In this document: piece by piece, positions 49,377 through 60,451 of the stretch | Numbering within the stretch: the stretch's first letter is position 1 | How the letters are laid out: every line of letters begins with the position of its first letter | NCBI GenBank assembly: GCA_963718665.1 | Contig: OY970359.1 | Span: 416,001 to 480,000, forward strand | DNA length: 64,000 bases | Origin: an uncultured Phycisphaerales bacterium | Lineage (GTDB): Bacteria; Planctomycetota; Phycisphaerae; Sedimentisphaerales; Anaerobacaceae | Direction of reading: 5' to 3' | Made by a program: the position numbers and the translations under genes | The notes under the pieces: generated by a model | Told to the model about the DNA's origin: nothing | Seen by the model: only the letters and a program-made list of their open reading frames with translations | Databases searched by the model: none

Positions 49377-50579
49377 ATGAATAAGAAGACATTCGACGCA
49401 AAGGTTAAAAAGCTGTTCGCGTACCATAAGCGTTTCATCTCGCGCAAAAACACCAAGGTCAAGGAGACCAACGGCGTTTATTATCGATATAAATATCCCG
49501 TGCTGACCAGGGAACATACGCCCGTCTTCTGGCGATATGACCTCGATTACAAGAGCAACCCGAACCTTATGGAACGGCTAAGTATGAACTGTGCGTTCAA
49601 CCCCGGCGCTATCGAGTTCGACGGCAAAATATGCTTAGTCGTCCGAGTCGAAGGCGTTGACAGAAAATCATTCTTCGCAATAGCGGAAAGCAAAACAGGC
49701 GTCGATAATTTCAAATTTTGGGATTACCCAATTCTTCTCCCCGAAACAAGCGACCCGGATATCAACGTTTACGATATGCGATTGGTCAGGCACGAAGACG
49801 GCTGGATTTATGGCCTGTTCTGCTCTGAACGCAAAGACCCGAATGCCCCACGCGGCGACTTGTCATCCGCGACCGCTCAATGCGGCATCGTCCGAACAAA
49901 AGACCTCAAAAACTGGGAACGTCTCGATGACCTCAAAACCACATCGCCCCAGCAGCGAAACGTCGTTCTTCATCCCGAATTCATCAACGGCAAATACGCC
50001 CTTTATACACGCCCGCAGGATGGTTTTATTTCCGCGGGTTCAGGCGGCGGCATCGGCTGGGGACTCTGCGACAATATGGAACACGCGGTAATTACAGGCC
50101 CAGAAACAATCGTCGATGACAGGCAATACCATACAATAAAAGAGGTCAAAAACGGTCTCGGCCCCGCTCCCATCAAAACCGAAAAGGGCTGGCTCCAGCT
50201 CGCCCACGGCGTCCGCGCCTGCGCAGCAGGATTGCGCTATGTCGTTTACGCGTTTCTTACCAAGCTCGACCAACCCAACAAGCTCATCGCGGAACCGGGC
50301 GGTTTTCTGATTGCCCCGCAGGGCGAGGAACGTATCGGCGACGTATCGAACGTCGTCTTCACCAATGGCTGGGTCGCCCGCAAAAACGGGCAGCTCTTTA
50401 TTTACTATGCCTCTTCGGATACACGCTGCCACGTCGCGGAAACGACCGTTGATTTGATGCTGGATTACGTTTTGAACACCCCCGCCGACCCTGGTCGCTC
50501 TTATGCTTGCGTCCAGCAGAGATATAAACTGATTTCCAAAAATCTGCCGATAATGAAAGCGATGAGAATAAAGCCCTGA
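49377..50579 (+). CDS. GH130 phosphorylase (4-O-beta-D-mannosyl-D-glucose phosphorylase-like)
   Basis: [53 protein letters not shown]. Confidence 0.9.
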   Translation: MNKKTFDAKVKKLFAYHKRFISRKNTKVKETNGVYYRYKYPVLTREHTPVFWRYDLDYKSNPNLMERLSMNCAFNPGAIEFDGKICLVVRVEGVDRKSFFAIAESKTGVDNFKFWDYPILLPETSDPDINVYDMRLVRHEDGWIYGLFCSERKDPNAPRGDLSSATAQCGIVRTKDLKNWERLDDLKTTSPQQRNVVLHPEFINGKYALYTRPQDGFISAGSGGGIGWGLCDNMEHAVITGPETIVDDRQYHTIKEVKNGLGPAPIKTEKGWLQLAHGVRACAAGLRYVVYAFLTKLDQPNKLIAEPGGFLIAPQGEERIGDVSNVVFTNGWVARKNGQLFIYYASSDTRCHVAETTVDLMLDYVLNTPADPGRSYACVQQRYKLISKNLPIMKAMRIKP

Positions 50580-50589
50580 AGACGGCTTT

Positions 50590-51272
50590 TTACTTTTGCC
50601 TTCTTTTGAAACATTCTTCCATAATGGCTGCGGTTGCGGTTGCGCCGAAGCGTGTGCAGCCGACTTCGCGGACTTTTAACGCCATATCGAGGTCTCGCAC
50701 GCCCCCTGCCGCTTTGACCTGCACCTTTTTCGATACGGCCTTTCTCATCAGTTTCAAATCCTCAATCGTCGCGCCTCCGCCTGCAAAGCCGGTCGATGTC
50801 TTTACCCAGTCGTGCCCGCCTCTTCGCAAAGCCGGCACGCATTTTTTTTCAATTCATCCGTCAGGTAGAAATTTTCAAGGATGACCTTCACAAGCACTTT
50901 ATTCTTATGAGCAGTATCGACGACGGCTTTTATATCGTTGCGAACATAATCGAAGTCGCGGCTTTTGAGTTTGCAGATATTGAGCACCATATCAAGCTCA
51001 ACAGCGCCGTCTTTAATCGCCTGCTCGGCCTCGAAGACCTTTGTTTCGGTCTTGTTGTACCCATGCGGAAAGCCGATTACCGTAGTGGGCTTTATATCCG
51101 TCCCTTTCAACAGCATAGCCACTAAGGGCAGCACTGAAGGCGAACAGCAAACGCTCGCCACACCGTATTTTTTTGCGACTTCGCAGCCCTTTCTAATCTC
51201 ATCAACCGTCAACTCCGGCTTCAAAAGCGAATGGTCTATCATTTTCGCTATGTCTCTGCTCATCCATTCCAT
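50590..51272 (-). CDS. deoC: Deoxyribose-phosphate aldolase, frameshifted near 50812
   Basis: IDHSLLKP, IGFPHG, ELDMV, KVILE; then WVKTSTGF and VKAAGGVR in the next frame. Confidence 0.92.
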
Positions 51273-51376
51273 TGTTGTTCTCCAAATAAAAATAAGATAT
51301 CAAACCCAATTATCAATTATCAACTTTGGAGATTCAAGCTTTTAAATCAGCAATCTAAAATCATAATCTCAAACCC

Positions 51377-51449
51377 CTTTCCACTGCTTTTCCACAATCA
51401 GCACTTACGATGTGCACAAACTGTTAAACGTAAAAAAAATTCAGCCACA
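51377..51449. promoter_or_regulatory. DnaA-box-like cluster upstream of dnaA (possible oriC)
   Basis: TTTTCCACA 51388, TGTGCACAA 51411, weaker boxes at 51377 and 51441, in AT-rich DNA. Confidence 0.45.
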
Positions 51450-51688
51450 ACCCCATTGTCCGCCGAGAGATGGAACAAGTTGAAAAGAAAATTAAAGAAA
51501 CTCGATTGATTCAATTCGCATCCTCCCAATAATTGCAGTTGTTCTGCCTGCGGTGAGTAAAATTGAACCGCTTAATATAGTGTGGTTTCCAGCGTATGGA
51601 GACGCGAGAAAAACTTAAAAACGATTAGCTGCTTTGTCCGTCTTTCGTTGCCCGTAATGGCAAGTGAGGACGGTGCCGGAGAGGTAAA

Positions 51689-53149
51689 ATGCAAGGTATT
51701 GTCAAGGAGGACATCCGCACTTCGACTAAGTGCGTGGAAGTCCGCTCGAATGAAAACGCGATTATCGCAATTACTGACGCTATCGCGGAAAAAATCGGGC
51801 AGCAAAAGTTCAGAATCTGGTTTAAGAACTCGACTCGACTGACACTTTCGGATGGTCTCTTGAAGATTGGCGTTATAAATCCGTTTATCGCGAACTGGCT
51901 CGAAAGCCACTTCAGCTCGCAGGTTACAGAATCGGCGCGTGCGGTCGTTGGCGCAAGCTGCCAGGTCAGTTTCATCGTTGACCCGCAGCTTTGCGACAGC
52001 CACAGAACCGCCACATTCGACTGGCAGACAAAACCGGCCCTGAATTCCCCGATTACAGTTGAATCAGGCAGGACCATCACACAAAGGCCGACATACACCG
52101 GTCAGAAGCTCAAGCTCACCTTCGATACTTTCGTTGTCGGCCAATCAAATGAACTCGCATACAACGCCGCGAAAGCGGTTATCAATGATAAGCAGAGTCC
52201 TTTCAATCCGCTGTTTATCCACGGAGGGTATGGTCTCGGCAAAACGCACCTGCTGCAAGGGATATGCACTGAACTGCGTCGAACTAAACCGACAGCCAAC
52301 TGGCTGTATATGTCGGCGGAGGATTTTGCTAATCAATTTGTGCTGGCCTTGAAGACGAGAAAGCTGGATGCTTTTCGAAGTCGTATACGACAAACGGACT
52401 TGTTGGCTATTGACGACATACACTTCCTGGCCAGCAAACCAGCAACGCAGGAAGAGTTCCTGCATACATTTAATACGTTGGATTTGGCCGGCAGGCAGGT
52501 TATTCTCGCCTCCGACTCTCATCCTAAAATGATTACCCAGATTTCGGAAAAGCTCATCAGCCGATTTGTTTCGGGGATGGTGGTGAAGATTGACCAGCCG
52601 GATTTCAAAACCCGCTGCGAGATTTGCAGGCGCTATGCCCAGGGTATGAAGAAACCCATCTCCGAAGACGTAATCGCATACGTCGCCGAGCATCTCCGCA
52701 GTAATATCCGCGAACTGCAGGGGGCAATACTCAAGATTGCCGCTTTCGCCTCGCTGCAGAACGCCAAAATCGGCTTGGGCTTAGCGCAGGAGATTCTCGC
52801 CGAGCATATCGGACGCTGCGACCCGATAGTACATATATCCGATATCGAGTCAGCCGTCGCCGACTTCTTCGGCGTCAGCTCTTCGGCGATTCATTCTTCA
52901 AAAAAGGACCGCACGGTCTCGCTGGCAAGGCATTTCTGTATGTATCTGGCGAGAAAGCATACGAAGATGTCCAGCTCGGAGATTGGGCGACTGCTGGGGG
53001 ATAAGAATCACGCGACTGTTCTTGTGGCGTGCAAAAAGGTCGAGGAACAACTCGCCCGCAATGCCCAGCTTAACTGGCAGGATTCAACGGGCAATCGCGT
53101 TGCCAACGCAACGACTATCCTCGAACAATTAGAAAAAAGCATCAGATAA
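51689..53149 (+). CDS. dnaA: Chromosomal replication initiator DnaA
   Basis: TFDTFVVG, NPLFIHGGYGLGKTHL, IDDIHFL, QEEFLHTFN, NIRELQG, NHATV. Confidence 0.96.
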   Translation: MQGIVKEDIRTSTKCVEVRSNENAIIAITDAIAEKIGQQKFRIWFKNSTRLTLSDGLLKIGVINPFIANWLESHFSSQVTESARAVVGASCQVSFIVDPQLCDSHRTATFDWQTKPALNSPITVESGRTITQRPTYTGQKLKLTFDTFVVGQSNELAYNAAKAVINDKQSPFNPLFIHGGYGLGKTHLLQGICTELRRTKPTANWLYMSAEDFANQFVLALKTRKLDAFRSRIRQTDLLAIDDIHFLASKPATQEEFLHTFNTLDLAGRQVILASDSHPKMITQISEKLISRFVSGMVVKIDQPDFKTRCEICRRYAQGMKKPISEDVIAYVAEHLRSNIRELQGAILKIAAFASLQNAKIGLGLAQEILAEHIGRCDPIVHISDIESAVADFFGVSSSAIHSSKKDRTVSLARHFCMYLARKHTKMSSSEIGRLLGDKNHATVLVACKKVEEQLARNAQLNWQDSTGNRVANATTILEQLEKSIR

Positions 53150-53192
53150 GACGCGCAGACACAAGACCTCAGACCTAAGACGCAAGCCAAGA

Positions 53193-55334
53193 TTACTTTT
53201 TCTTTGGCTGGTCTTTTTTGTCGGAGAGACCGAGTTCAGCCAAAGCTGCCTTACGGGAGAGTTTGAACCTGCCCTGGTCATCAACAAGCAAAAGCTTGAC
53301 GGGGATGATATCGCCGAGTTTGCATACAGCGTCAACGCTCTTGACGTAGCTGTCGCTCAACTCGCTGACGTGGCAGAGGCCCTCTAAGCCGGGGATGAAC
53401 TCGACAAAGGCACCAAATTCCTTGATGGAAACGACTTTAGCATTGGGATAAAGAGTGCCTACCTTGGGGGCCTGGGTCATTGCCTCAATCATTGCCTTTG
53501 CCTTGAGGTGGCCGTCGCCGCCGACGCAACTGATGAAGACGGTGCCGTCATCCTCGATTTCGATTGTAGTATCGGTCTGTTCCTGGAGTGCCTTGATGTT
53601 CTTGCCGCCCGGGCCGATGATTTTGCCGATAAATTCGGGGTCGATTTTAACGGTAACAAGTTTCGGAGCGTAAACGCTAAGCTCCGGTCTGTGCTTATTG
53701 ATTGTCTTGGACATAGTATCGAGTATTTTAAGGCGTGCTTGTTTTGCCTTTTCCATTGCCTCGACCATAATGTTGTGCGGAAGGCCATCGGCTTTAATAT
53801 CGAGCTGGACCGCGGTAACGCCCTCGGTGGTTCCGGCGACTTTGAAATCCATATCGCCGTGGTGGTCTTCGTCGCCTATGATATCGGTAAGCAAAACATA
53901 TTTGCCGTCGTCGGCGGTGACAAGGCCGACTGATATGCCCGCAACGGGCTTCTTAATCGGGACACCGGCGTCCATCAGGGCGAGCGAGCCGCCGCAGACC
54001 GAGGCCATTGAACTTGAGCCATTCGATTCGGTAATATCGGAGATGATTCTTATCGTATAGGCGAATTCTTCTTCGGGAGGTCTGACCATTTCGAGTGCGC
54101 GTTCCGCGAGAGCGCCGTGGCCTATTTCGCGGCGACCAGGGCCTCGCATCGGCTTGACTTCGCCGACGGAAAACGGCGGGAAGTTATAATGCAGGGCAAA
54201 GCTCTGGGAATATTCATCCTGGAGGCCGTCGATAATCTGGGCATCCTGAATCGTGCCCAGGGTGATGCAGACGAGGGCCTGGGTTTCGCCGCGGGTGAAA
54301 AGGGCTGAGCCGTGGACGCGGGGTAAAATGCCGACTTCGCAGGTGATGGGGCGGACGTCGTCGTAACTTCGGCCGTCAAGGCGTTTGCCTTTGAGGGCAA
54401 GGTCGCGGATGATTTCGCCTTCGATTTTATCGAAAATCCGTTCGACCATTATCTCGTCATAATTTTGAGCGGACTCACCTTCCTGTTTGCAGTATTGCTC
54501 AATGAGGCGGTCGAGCAATTCGTTGACGGCGATTCTTCGCTGTTGTTTAACCGGTATCAGTTTGAGATTGCGAAGCTCATCGGCGATTTGTGAGCGGATT
54601 TTAGAGCAGAGCTCTTCGTCAATTCCGGAAAGCTCGGGCATTTCTTTTGGGACGCCGACTTTCTTCTGAAGCTCCTCGATAAGTTCGCAGACAACCTTTA
54701 CGGTCTCGTGCCCGGTTTTGATTGATTCTGCGATAACTGCTTCGGGTAATTCCTTGGCGGCAACTTCAATCATATTGATAGCGTCTTTTCTTCCGCCGAC
54801 GAGAACGTTCAAATCACCTTCTTCGAGCTGCTGGTGGGTAGGATTGATAATGAACTGGCCATTGACTCGTCCGACCCGGCAGGCGCCGGTAGGGCCATTG
54901 AACGGTATTTTGCTGATTGATAATGCCGCGCTTGCTCCAATCATCGCGGGGACATCGGGGTCGTTTTCCTTGTCGGCGCTGAGAACCGAGGCGATAATCT
55001 GAACTTCGTTAAAATAACCATCCGGGAACAGAGGCCGCAGAGGCCGGTCAATCATACGCGAGGTGAGAGTTTCCTTCGTTGAGGGTCTGCCTTCACGCTT
55101 GATGAAGCCGCCGGGGAATTTGCCGGCTGCGCTGTGTCTTTCACGATATTCTACTGAGAGCGGGAAAAAATCAATGTCTTCGGAACGAGGCGGAGCGACA
55201 ACTGCGCAAACAAGGACGACCGTTTCGCCGTAACGGACGACGACTGCGCCGTCTGCCTGCCTGGCGATTTTGCCCGTTTCGATGGATAAGGTTCGACCCG
55301 CTATTTCTCTTTCAACTTTTACAACGTTAAACAT
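53193..55334 (-). CDS. pnp: Polyribonucleotide nucleotidyltransferase
   Basis: FFPLSV, GGFIKREGRP, RREIGHG, SNGSSSMAS, GDMDFKVAG, KH and S1 domains. Confidence 0.99.
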   Translation of the reverse strand: MFNVVKVEREIAGRTLSIETGKIARQADGAVVVRYGETVVLVCAVVAPPRSEDIDFFPLSVEYRERHSAAGKFPGGFIKREGRPSTKETLTSRMIDRPLRPLFPDGYFNEVQIIASVLSADKENDPDVPAMIGASAALSISKIPFNGPTGACRVGRVNGQFIINPTHQQLEEGDLNVLVGGRKDAINMIEVAAKELPEAVIAESIKTGHETVKVVCELIEELQKKVGVPKEMPELSGIDEELCSKIRSQIADELRNLKLIPVKQQRRIAVNELLDRLIEQYCKQEGESAQNYDEIMVERIFDKIEGEIIRDLALKGKRLDGRSYDDVRPITCEVGILPRVHGSALFTRGETQALVCITLGTIQDAQIIDGLQDEYSQSFALHYNFPPFSVGEVKPMRGPGRREIGHGALAERALEMVRPPEEEFAYTIRIISDITESNGSSSMASVCGGSLALMDAGVPIKKPVAGISVGLVTADDGKYVLLTDIIGDEDHHGDMDFKVAGTTEGVTAVQLDIKADGLPHNIMVEAMEKAKQARLKILDTMSKTINKHRPELSVYAPKLVTVKIDPEFIGKIIGPGGKNIKALQEQTDTTIEIEDDGTVFISCVGGDGHLKAKAMIEAMTQAPKVGTLYPNAKVVSIKEFGAFVEFIPGLEGLCHVSELSDSYVKSVDAVCKLGDIIPVKLLLVDDQGRFKLSRKAALAELGLSDKKDQPKKK

Positions 55335-55403
55335 AAGCTACCTCATAAACAGCCAAGTCGCATCGCGTAAGGGCGAAGTGCGGCCAAAGCAATGGGTTTA
55401 GTG

Positions 55404-55670
55404 TTATTTCCGCAAGCCGAGGCGGGAGATGACGTCGCGATATCGCTTCGGGTCTTTTTTGCCCACGTATTTAAGCAGTGAAGCCCTTGTGGCGACCATT
55501 TTAAGCAGTCCGCGACGAGAGGAATGGTCCTTGCGGTGGCTCTTGAGGTGTTCGGTAAGCTCGGTGATTCGCTCGGTCAGAATGGCAATCTGGACCTCCG
55601 GAGAGCCGGTGTCACCCTTATGAGTTTCGAAATTGTGAACAATACCTTCCTTTTTTGTTTTTGCCAGCAT
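55404..55670 (-). CDS. rpsO: 30S ribosomal protein S15
   Basis: [22 protein letters not shown]; upstream of pnp. Confidence 0.99.
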   Translation of the reverse strand: MLAKTKKEGIVHNFETHKGDTGSPEVQIAILTERITELTEHLKSHRKDHSSRRGLLKMVATRASLLKYVGKKDPKRYRDVISRLGLRK

Positions 55671-55824
55671 TTTTCCAATAAACCTTTCTGATATTCCCGG
55701 CGGGCCAAAACCCGCCCTACATTAAGACACAAAAGTTACAAACAGGGCATTTTAGCAGTTTTTTTGCGGTCTGCAAGGGTAAAAAGCGGAAATAAAGGCG
55801 CGATTTGCGTCCGGAGGAAACCTA

Positions 55825-57480
55825 TCAGGTAATCAGGGTGCCGATAGCTGCTGAGCCATACTGGGTGAAATCATCAGTGCCGTATGTCTTGACCGCGCCT
55901 TCCTGCATAAGGTCCCAGAGGTGCAAAATGTCGCTTTTGAGGAAAACAGTGGTGACTTTTTCGTCGAACTGGGTGCCGAGACGATTTTCAATTTCCGTGA
56001 TGGCCTTATCGACGCTCACAGTATCCCGATAGACGCGTTCGGAGGTCATAGCGTCAAAGCAGTCGGCAAGCCCGACAATTTTACCCATAAGCGGAATCTG
56101 GTCACCCTTAAGCCCGGCGGGATAACCTTTGCCGTCAACACGTTCGTGGTGATTAAGAACGCCTGGAATGATGTCTCGCATTTGCCTGATGCCGCTGAGG
56201 ATATTGGCGCCGATGGACGGGTGCATCCTGAGGCGGTTTTTCTCCTTTGCAGTGAGCCGACCTATTTTGCAGAGCAGTTTTTCATCGATACCAATCTTGC
56301 CTATGTCGTGAAGCAAACCGGCGAGATAAATTTTCTGGATTTGCTCTTGGTCGAGTCCTTCATCTTCGGCAAGATGTTCGGCTATCCACTTGGAAATGAA
56401 GCCGACACGTTCCGAATGACCCCGTGTATAGCGGTCTTTGGCGTCGATGCTGCGAGTCAGCGCCTTGAGCGAGCCGATGAATAATTCCTTGAGGTCGCCA
56501 AACAGACGATTGTTCTCGACGAAAACGGCGCATTCGCTGGCGACGGAGGTGAACAGCTTGGCATCAGTAGAGTCGAAGTCAGGCTTCTCTAAGCGGTTTA
56601 TGGCAACAAGCATACCGATAACACGGGCAGTGAGGGGCTGCTTGTTGCCTGTGTCCTGAGACGGGTGCGTTTTAACCTTGCTCGTAAGAGGAACAATAAT
56701 GATATTATGAATATTTTTGGGCCATTCATATTTGAACGAACCATCGAAGTCGCTGTCTAAGAGGACTTCTTTGCCCTTGTTCAACTCCTCCTGGAGGCGG
56801 CTATGAAGAAGCAGGGTCGTGCGGTCGTCGATATCGATGACGCCAGCGCCCGCTACAAGGACAAAGCGTGATTTGTCATCGACAGTTTTTTCCTGGAGAA
56901 TGGCGATACCTTCGACGCCGACGATTTCGGTCAAGCTGTCGCAGGCCATCTGGAGGAAATTGGCGTCCGGCTCGACGATTTCCATATTGGTGCTTATTTT
57001 ATAAAGCAGGACAAGCTCCTCGTATGTCTGTGCCAGCTCGGAGCTAATCATATCCATCTGCTCAACGGACTTTCGCCCGGCAGTGAATTTTTCGACGAAA
57101 AAACGAAGCAATTCAGTGAGCAGATGCGACTGCTGCTGGTTGTTCATATCGGGAGTATTGCCGAGGTCAATAATAACGGCGACGCCGGTTTGCTTTTTTT
57201 CGCCTGTCAGGGGGACAAGAACGGATGAAATATACCTGCTGACCACTGAAGAATCGTCCTGTGGTTTGTCATTTTTATCAGGATGCTTGAGGCAGTCGCG
57301 GGCGATTTTGGCAAGCCGGACGGGGTCGGTTTCAAACTCGCCTGTTTTGCAGAGTAGCAGAGGCCTGCCTTCGAAATCGCAGACGGCAAAATTGACGCCC
57401 AGCGCAGTCAGCCGGCCGCCGAAATTCTTCAGCTCATGAATTTCTGATGCTATCAACCCTGTTGCAATTGTATCGAGCAT
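55825..57480 (-). CDS. GAF + HD-GYP phosphodiesterase
   Basis: DAKDRYTRGHSERV, LLHDIGK, HHERVDGKGYP, ADCFDAMTS.R.YR. Confidence 0.93.
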   Translation of the reverse strand: MLDTIATGLIASEIHELKNFGGRLTALGVNFAVCDFEGRPLLLCKTGEFETDPVRLAKIARDCLKHPDKNDKPQDDSSVVSRYISSVLVPLTGEKKQTGVAVIIDLGNTPDMNNQQQSHLLTELLRFFVEKFTAGRKSVEQMDMISSELAQTYEELVLLYKISTNMEIVEPDANFLQMACDSLTEIVGVEGIAILQEKTVDDKSRFVLVAGAGVIDIDDRTTLLLHSRLQEELNKGKEVLLDSDFDGSFKYEWPKNIHNIIIVPLTSKVKTHPSQDTGNKQPLTARVIGMLVAINRLEKPDFDSTDAKLFTSVASECAVFVENNRLFGDLKELFIGSLKALTRSIDAKDRYTRGHSERVGFISKWIAEHLAEDEGLDQEQIQKIYLAGLLHDIGKIGIDEKLLCKIGRLTAKEKNRLRMHPSIGANILSGIRQMRDIIPGVLNHHERVDGKGYPAGLKGDQIPLMGKIVGLADCFDAMTSERVYRDTVSVDKAITEIENRLGTQFDEKVTTVFLKSDILHLWDLMQEGAVKTYGTDDFTQYGSAAIGTLIT

Positions 57481-57561
57481 AAACTGCTCCGTTTACGGGG
57501 TAAGGCCAGGCGAACGCCAAACGCGGCAATTCTTGAAATACCTCCTCCCCCCTGCCAATCA

Positions 57562-57954
57562 TTACGTTTGACCAACCAGCTCCTTCTGGTAGAGGATGTC
57601 CTCTATGTTTCTCAGCAACTCTTTCGGGCTGAAGGGCTTCGTCAGGCACAGTGACACATTCAGCCGCTGCTGGTCGGCGTCGTCTATCGCGAAATTCCTG
57701 GCGGTAAGAAGAACAAAGGGAATACCGCGGGTCTTTTCATTTCCGCGGAGTTTTTCGAGAAGCTCCAGGCCACTCATAACAGGCATCATATAGTCGGCGA
57801 TAATAATGTCCGGTTTTTCATTACAGGCAAGCTCGTATGCCTCCTGCCCGTTGCCGGCGGTTATGGGTTCGTAACCGTTATTGCGAAGTTTTATCGCGAC
57901 GACATGAACAATATGCACTTCGTCATCGACGACCAGGACTTTTCTTGATGCCAT
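57562..57954 (-). CDS. Single-domain response regulator
   Basis: VLVVDD, PDIIIADYMMP, LLTA, TKPF. Confidence 0.93.
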   Translation of the reverse strand: MASRKVLVVDDEVHIVHVVAIKLRNNGYEPITAGNGQEAYELACNEKPDIIIADYMMPVMSGLELLEKLRGNEKTRGIPFVLLTARNFAIDDADQQRLNVSLCLTKPFSPKELLRNIEDILYQKELVGQT

Positions 57955-58254
57955 TCGTTGTTCCTTTCCGTTCCCGGCTGACATACACAGCGGTCAGCAA
58001 ATAGTTTATCTAACAATTTTTCGGCCTGCCGGGGGATGTCCTTAACCTGCGTAAATATAAGGAAATTCGCCGTAAAATAAGGTTTAAAGGCCTAAAACCC
58101 GTCCCGCAAACCTATAAGCCGTAATGGCTTAAACCAGCCCCGTGGCAGATAGTAATTTTTAAATTGGCAAGGACCGATAAAAAAGGCCGGCGGAGTTTTT
58201 TATGAGACGATGTAGGCGGTTAAGAAACCGGCGGACAATCAGGGTATGCCATAA

Positions 58255-58302
58255 AAAAGAATGACTCGCTGAAAGATTTGGAAATCAGCGAGTTCATCTT
58301 TT
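58255..58302. terminator. Long hairpin, probable terminator
   Basis: AAAGAATGACTCGCTGA...TCAGCGAGTTCATCTTTT. Confidence 0.55.
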
Positions 58303-58346
58303 CCCGTCGCTCGAAATAGGATGAGTGGCGGGTCAACGGGCGTTTT

Positions 58347-58769
58347 TCATAAAGCCGCGTGTACGGCAGAATCATCCGGCTTTATAGCCCCCGTTGCGAG
58401 ATTGATGACCCAGCCCGCCTTACCCGAGCCAGCGGTGCTTGGGCCGTTTTCGAACCGTACTGCGCTGTTGCTGTTAAACGGATTAACAGGCATCGACGAC
58501 AGATAAGGCCCGCGATTATCGGCACCCTTCGTTGTCAGGGCCTTTTCAAAACTTGCATAGGTCTCAGTGGGCGGGAGCTGCTCGTTGTGCTGGATTTTGT
58601 AGAGTTCGAGCTGGCAACGAACTGTCTGCAGGTCCGCGAGGAAGCGTGCCTCTTGGACGCCTGTGCCTCGTGCGCTGAAGTCAGGAGATAAAATACCAGC
58701 GCCTACGCTGCAAATTGCTCCCACCAGAGAAACCTGAATCATTGCGAAACCGATTCTCGCTTTCGTCAT
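58347..58769 (-). CDS. GspG-like pseudopilin, degenerate N-terminal motif
   Basis: GFAMIQV, LQTVRCQLELYKIQH, GPYLSSMPVNPF, GWV. Confidence 0.75.
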   Translation of the reverse strand: MTKARIGFAMIQVSLVGAICSVGAGILSPDFSARGTGVQEARFLADLQTVRCQLELYKIQHNEQLPPTETYASFEKALTTKGADNRGPYLSSMPVNPFNSNSAVRFENGPSTAGSGKAGWVINLATGAIKPDDSAVHAAL

Positions 58770-59067
58770 TAAAAATCACCCTCGAAGCTGTTGGAACAAC
58801 AGCTTCCCTCGTAAATAACCTGGTCCTGAACACCCGGTTTATCCGCCGCCTTTGCGGCAAACGGGTCGGTCCCTCCTGATACGGCCCCCCAGCCGGTCCC
58901 TTAATATAATAGCTATATCCCCCTGTTTACTCAGATGTAGCCGGTGTTCACGTAAAGTATATGGAATTTAATAGACAGTGCCAAATTTCGGAGGGCGCAA
59001 TATAGGACATTATGCAGATTTTTTTTGCCGCAAGGGCCGAAAATATCGCCTGCTCGGGCAAGTCGGC

Positions 59068-59517
59068 TTAAAAACGTATGTAATCGGGAGTGTTGGTAAT
59101 GCGGATTTTTCTGGCTGTCGGGCCGAGATGAGACAGTTCTATTTTTATATAGTTGATTCCCGCCAGGGCCTGCTCAACTTTGTCTGCCCATTCGATAAGA
59201 ACAACCGCGCCGGGATGACAATAATCGTCGAAGCCGATTTGCTCGAACTGGGCGATTGAATCAAGACGATAAGCATCAAGATGATAAATTTCAAGACGCC
59301 CAGAATATTCATTTACAAGAACAAATGTCGGGCTGGTAACTTCGTTGGCTGCGTCTTCGGCGCCAAGCCCCGCAACGATTCCCTTGATGAGATGCGTTTT
59401 GCCGCTGCCTAAGTTGCCGTAAAGCGCGATGACCTCCCCCCCCTTCAACTGCGACCCGAACTTCTGACCAAACTTAACGGTCTCGTTTGCGGAATTTGTT
59501 GTTACATCAATAGTCAT
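59068..59517 (-). CDS. tsaE: tRNA threonylcarbamoyladenosine biosynthesis ATPase
   Basis: GNLGSGKT, VTSPTF, HLDAYRL, LIEWA. Confidence 0.96.
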   Translation of the reverse strand: MTIDVTTNSANETVKFGQKFGSQLKGGEVIALYGNLGSGKTHLIKGIVAGLGAEDAANEVTSPTFVLVNEYSGRLEIYHLDAYRLDSIAQFEQIGFDDYCHPGAVVLIEWADKVEQALAGINYIKIELSHLGPTARKIRITNTPDYIRF

Positions 59518-59530
59518 CTTAAATAATCAA

Positions 59531-60451
59531 TCATTTCAAATGGTCGTAGCCGGAGGGCTTTAAATCAGTTATTTTGCCGTCGGGCATTTTTATCTGCATT
59601 TTGCCGGCATTGGTAATCGTTCCGATTCTCGTAATTGGCACAGAATCATTCCACTGTTTCAACAATCTGCCGCAATTATCTTCGGCCAGCGTGAAAAGCA
59701 GTTCAAAATCCTCGCCGTCGTTGAGTGCGGCGAAAAAGGGGCCTGACCCCTTTTTTGCGTCGAGGGATATCGGGATTGAATTCGCGTCGAGAATTGCGCC
59801 TACATTGCTTTGGGTACAGATGCGATTCAAGTCGCTGCTCAGGCCATCGCTTAAGTCCATCATCGAATTGAGCTTAACAAGCGACGTGATTTTGAGCGCC
59901 TCTTTGACACGGGGTGTGAAATTAAGGTGCTTGCCGAGCAACGCCCCGCCAAGTGAACCCGTAACACAGATTGCGTCGCCGACTTTTGCGCCATTTCTGC
60001 GAACAGGCGGATTAGCCCCTGGTCTCGAAAGCATCGCGACGTTAATTACGAATTTACTGCTATCCGACCATTTCGTGATATCGCCGCCTATGAGTGGGCA
60101 GTTGAATTTATCGCAAGCCACGATAATGCCTGAGTGAAGCTCTTTGAGCTGGGCTTGGCCAAAACCAGCGGGCAAGCCAACACTGACCACGGCTGCAACG
60201 GGAATAGTCGCCATCGCGGCACAATCGCTCAAACTCGCCACCATTGCCTTATAACCGACCTGTTCAAGGGTTGCGGTTTTCAAATCAAAATGAACGCCAT
60301 CGAGGAGCATATCGGTCGTGATTAGAATCGAGACGCCGTCAGCCAGACGAATTTCCGCCATATCGTCGCCGATACCAATGGGGAAATCGCCGGGGGGCAG
60401 GTTTCGCTGCCGGGCAAACCAACCGGTAATGATGTCTTCGCCGTTACTCAT
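59531..60451 (-). CDS. thiL: Thiamine-monophosphate kinase
   Basis: [44 protein letters not shown]. Confidence 0.95.
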   Translation of the reverse strand: MSNGEDIITGWFARQRNLPPGDFPIGIGDDMAEIRLADGVSILITTDMLLDGVHFDLKTATLEQVGYKAMVASLSDCAAMATIPVAAVVSVGLPAGFGQAQLKELHSGIIVACDKFNCPLIGGDITKWSDSSKFVINVAMLSRPGANPPVRRNGAKVGDAICVTGSLGGALLGKHLNFTPRVKEALKITSLVKLNSMMDLSDGLSSDLNRICTQSNVGAILDANSIPISLDAKKGSGPFFAALNDGEDFELLFTLAEDNCGRLLKQWNDSVPITRIGTITNAGKMQIKMPDGKITDLKPSGYDHLK

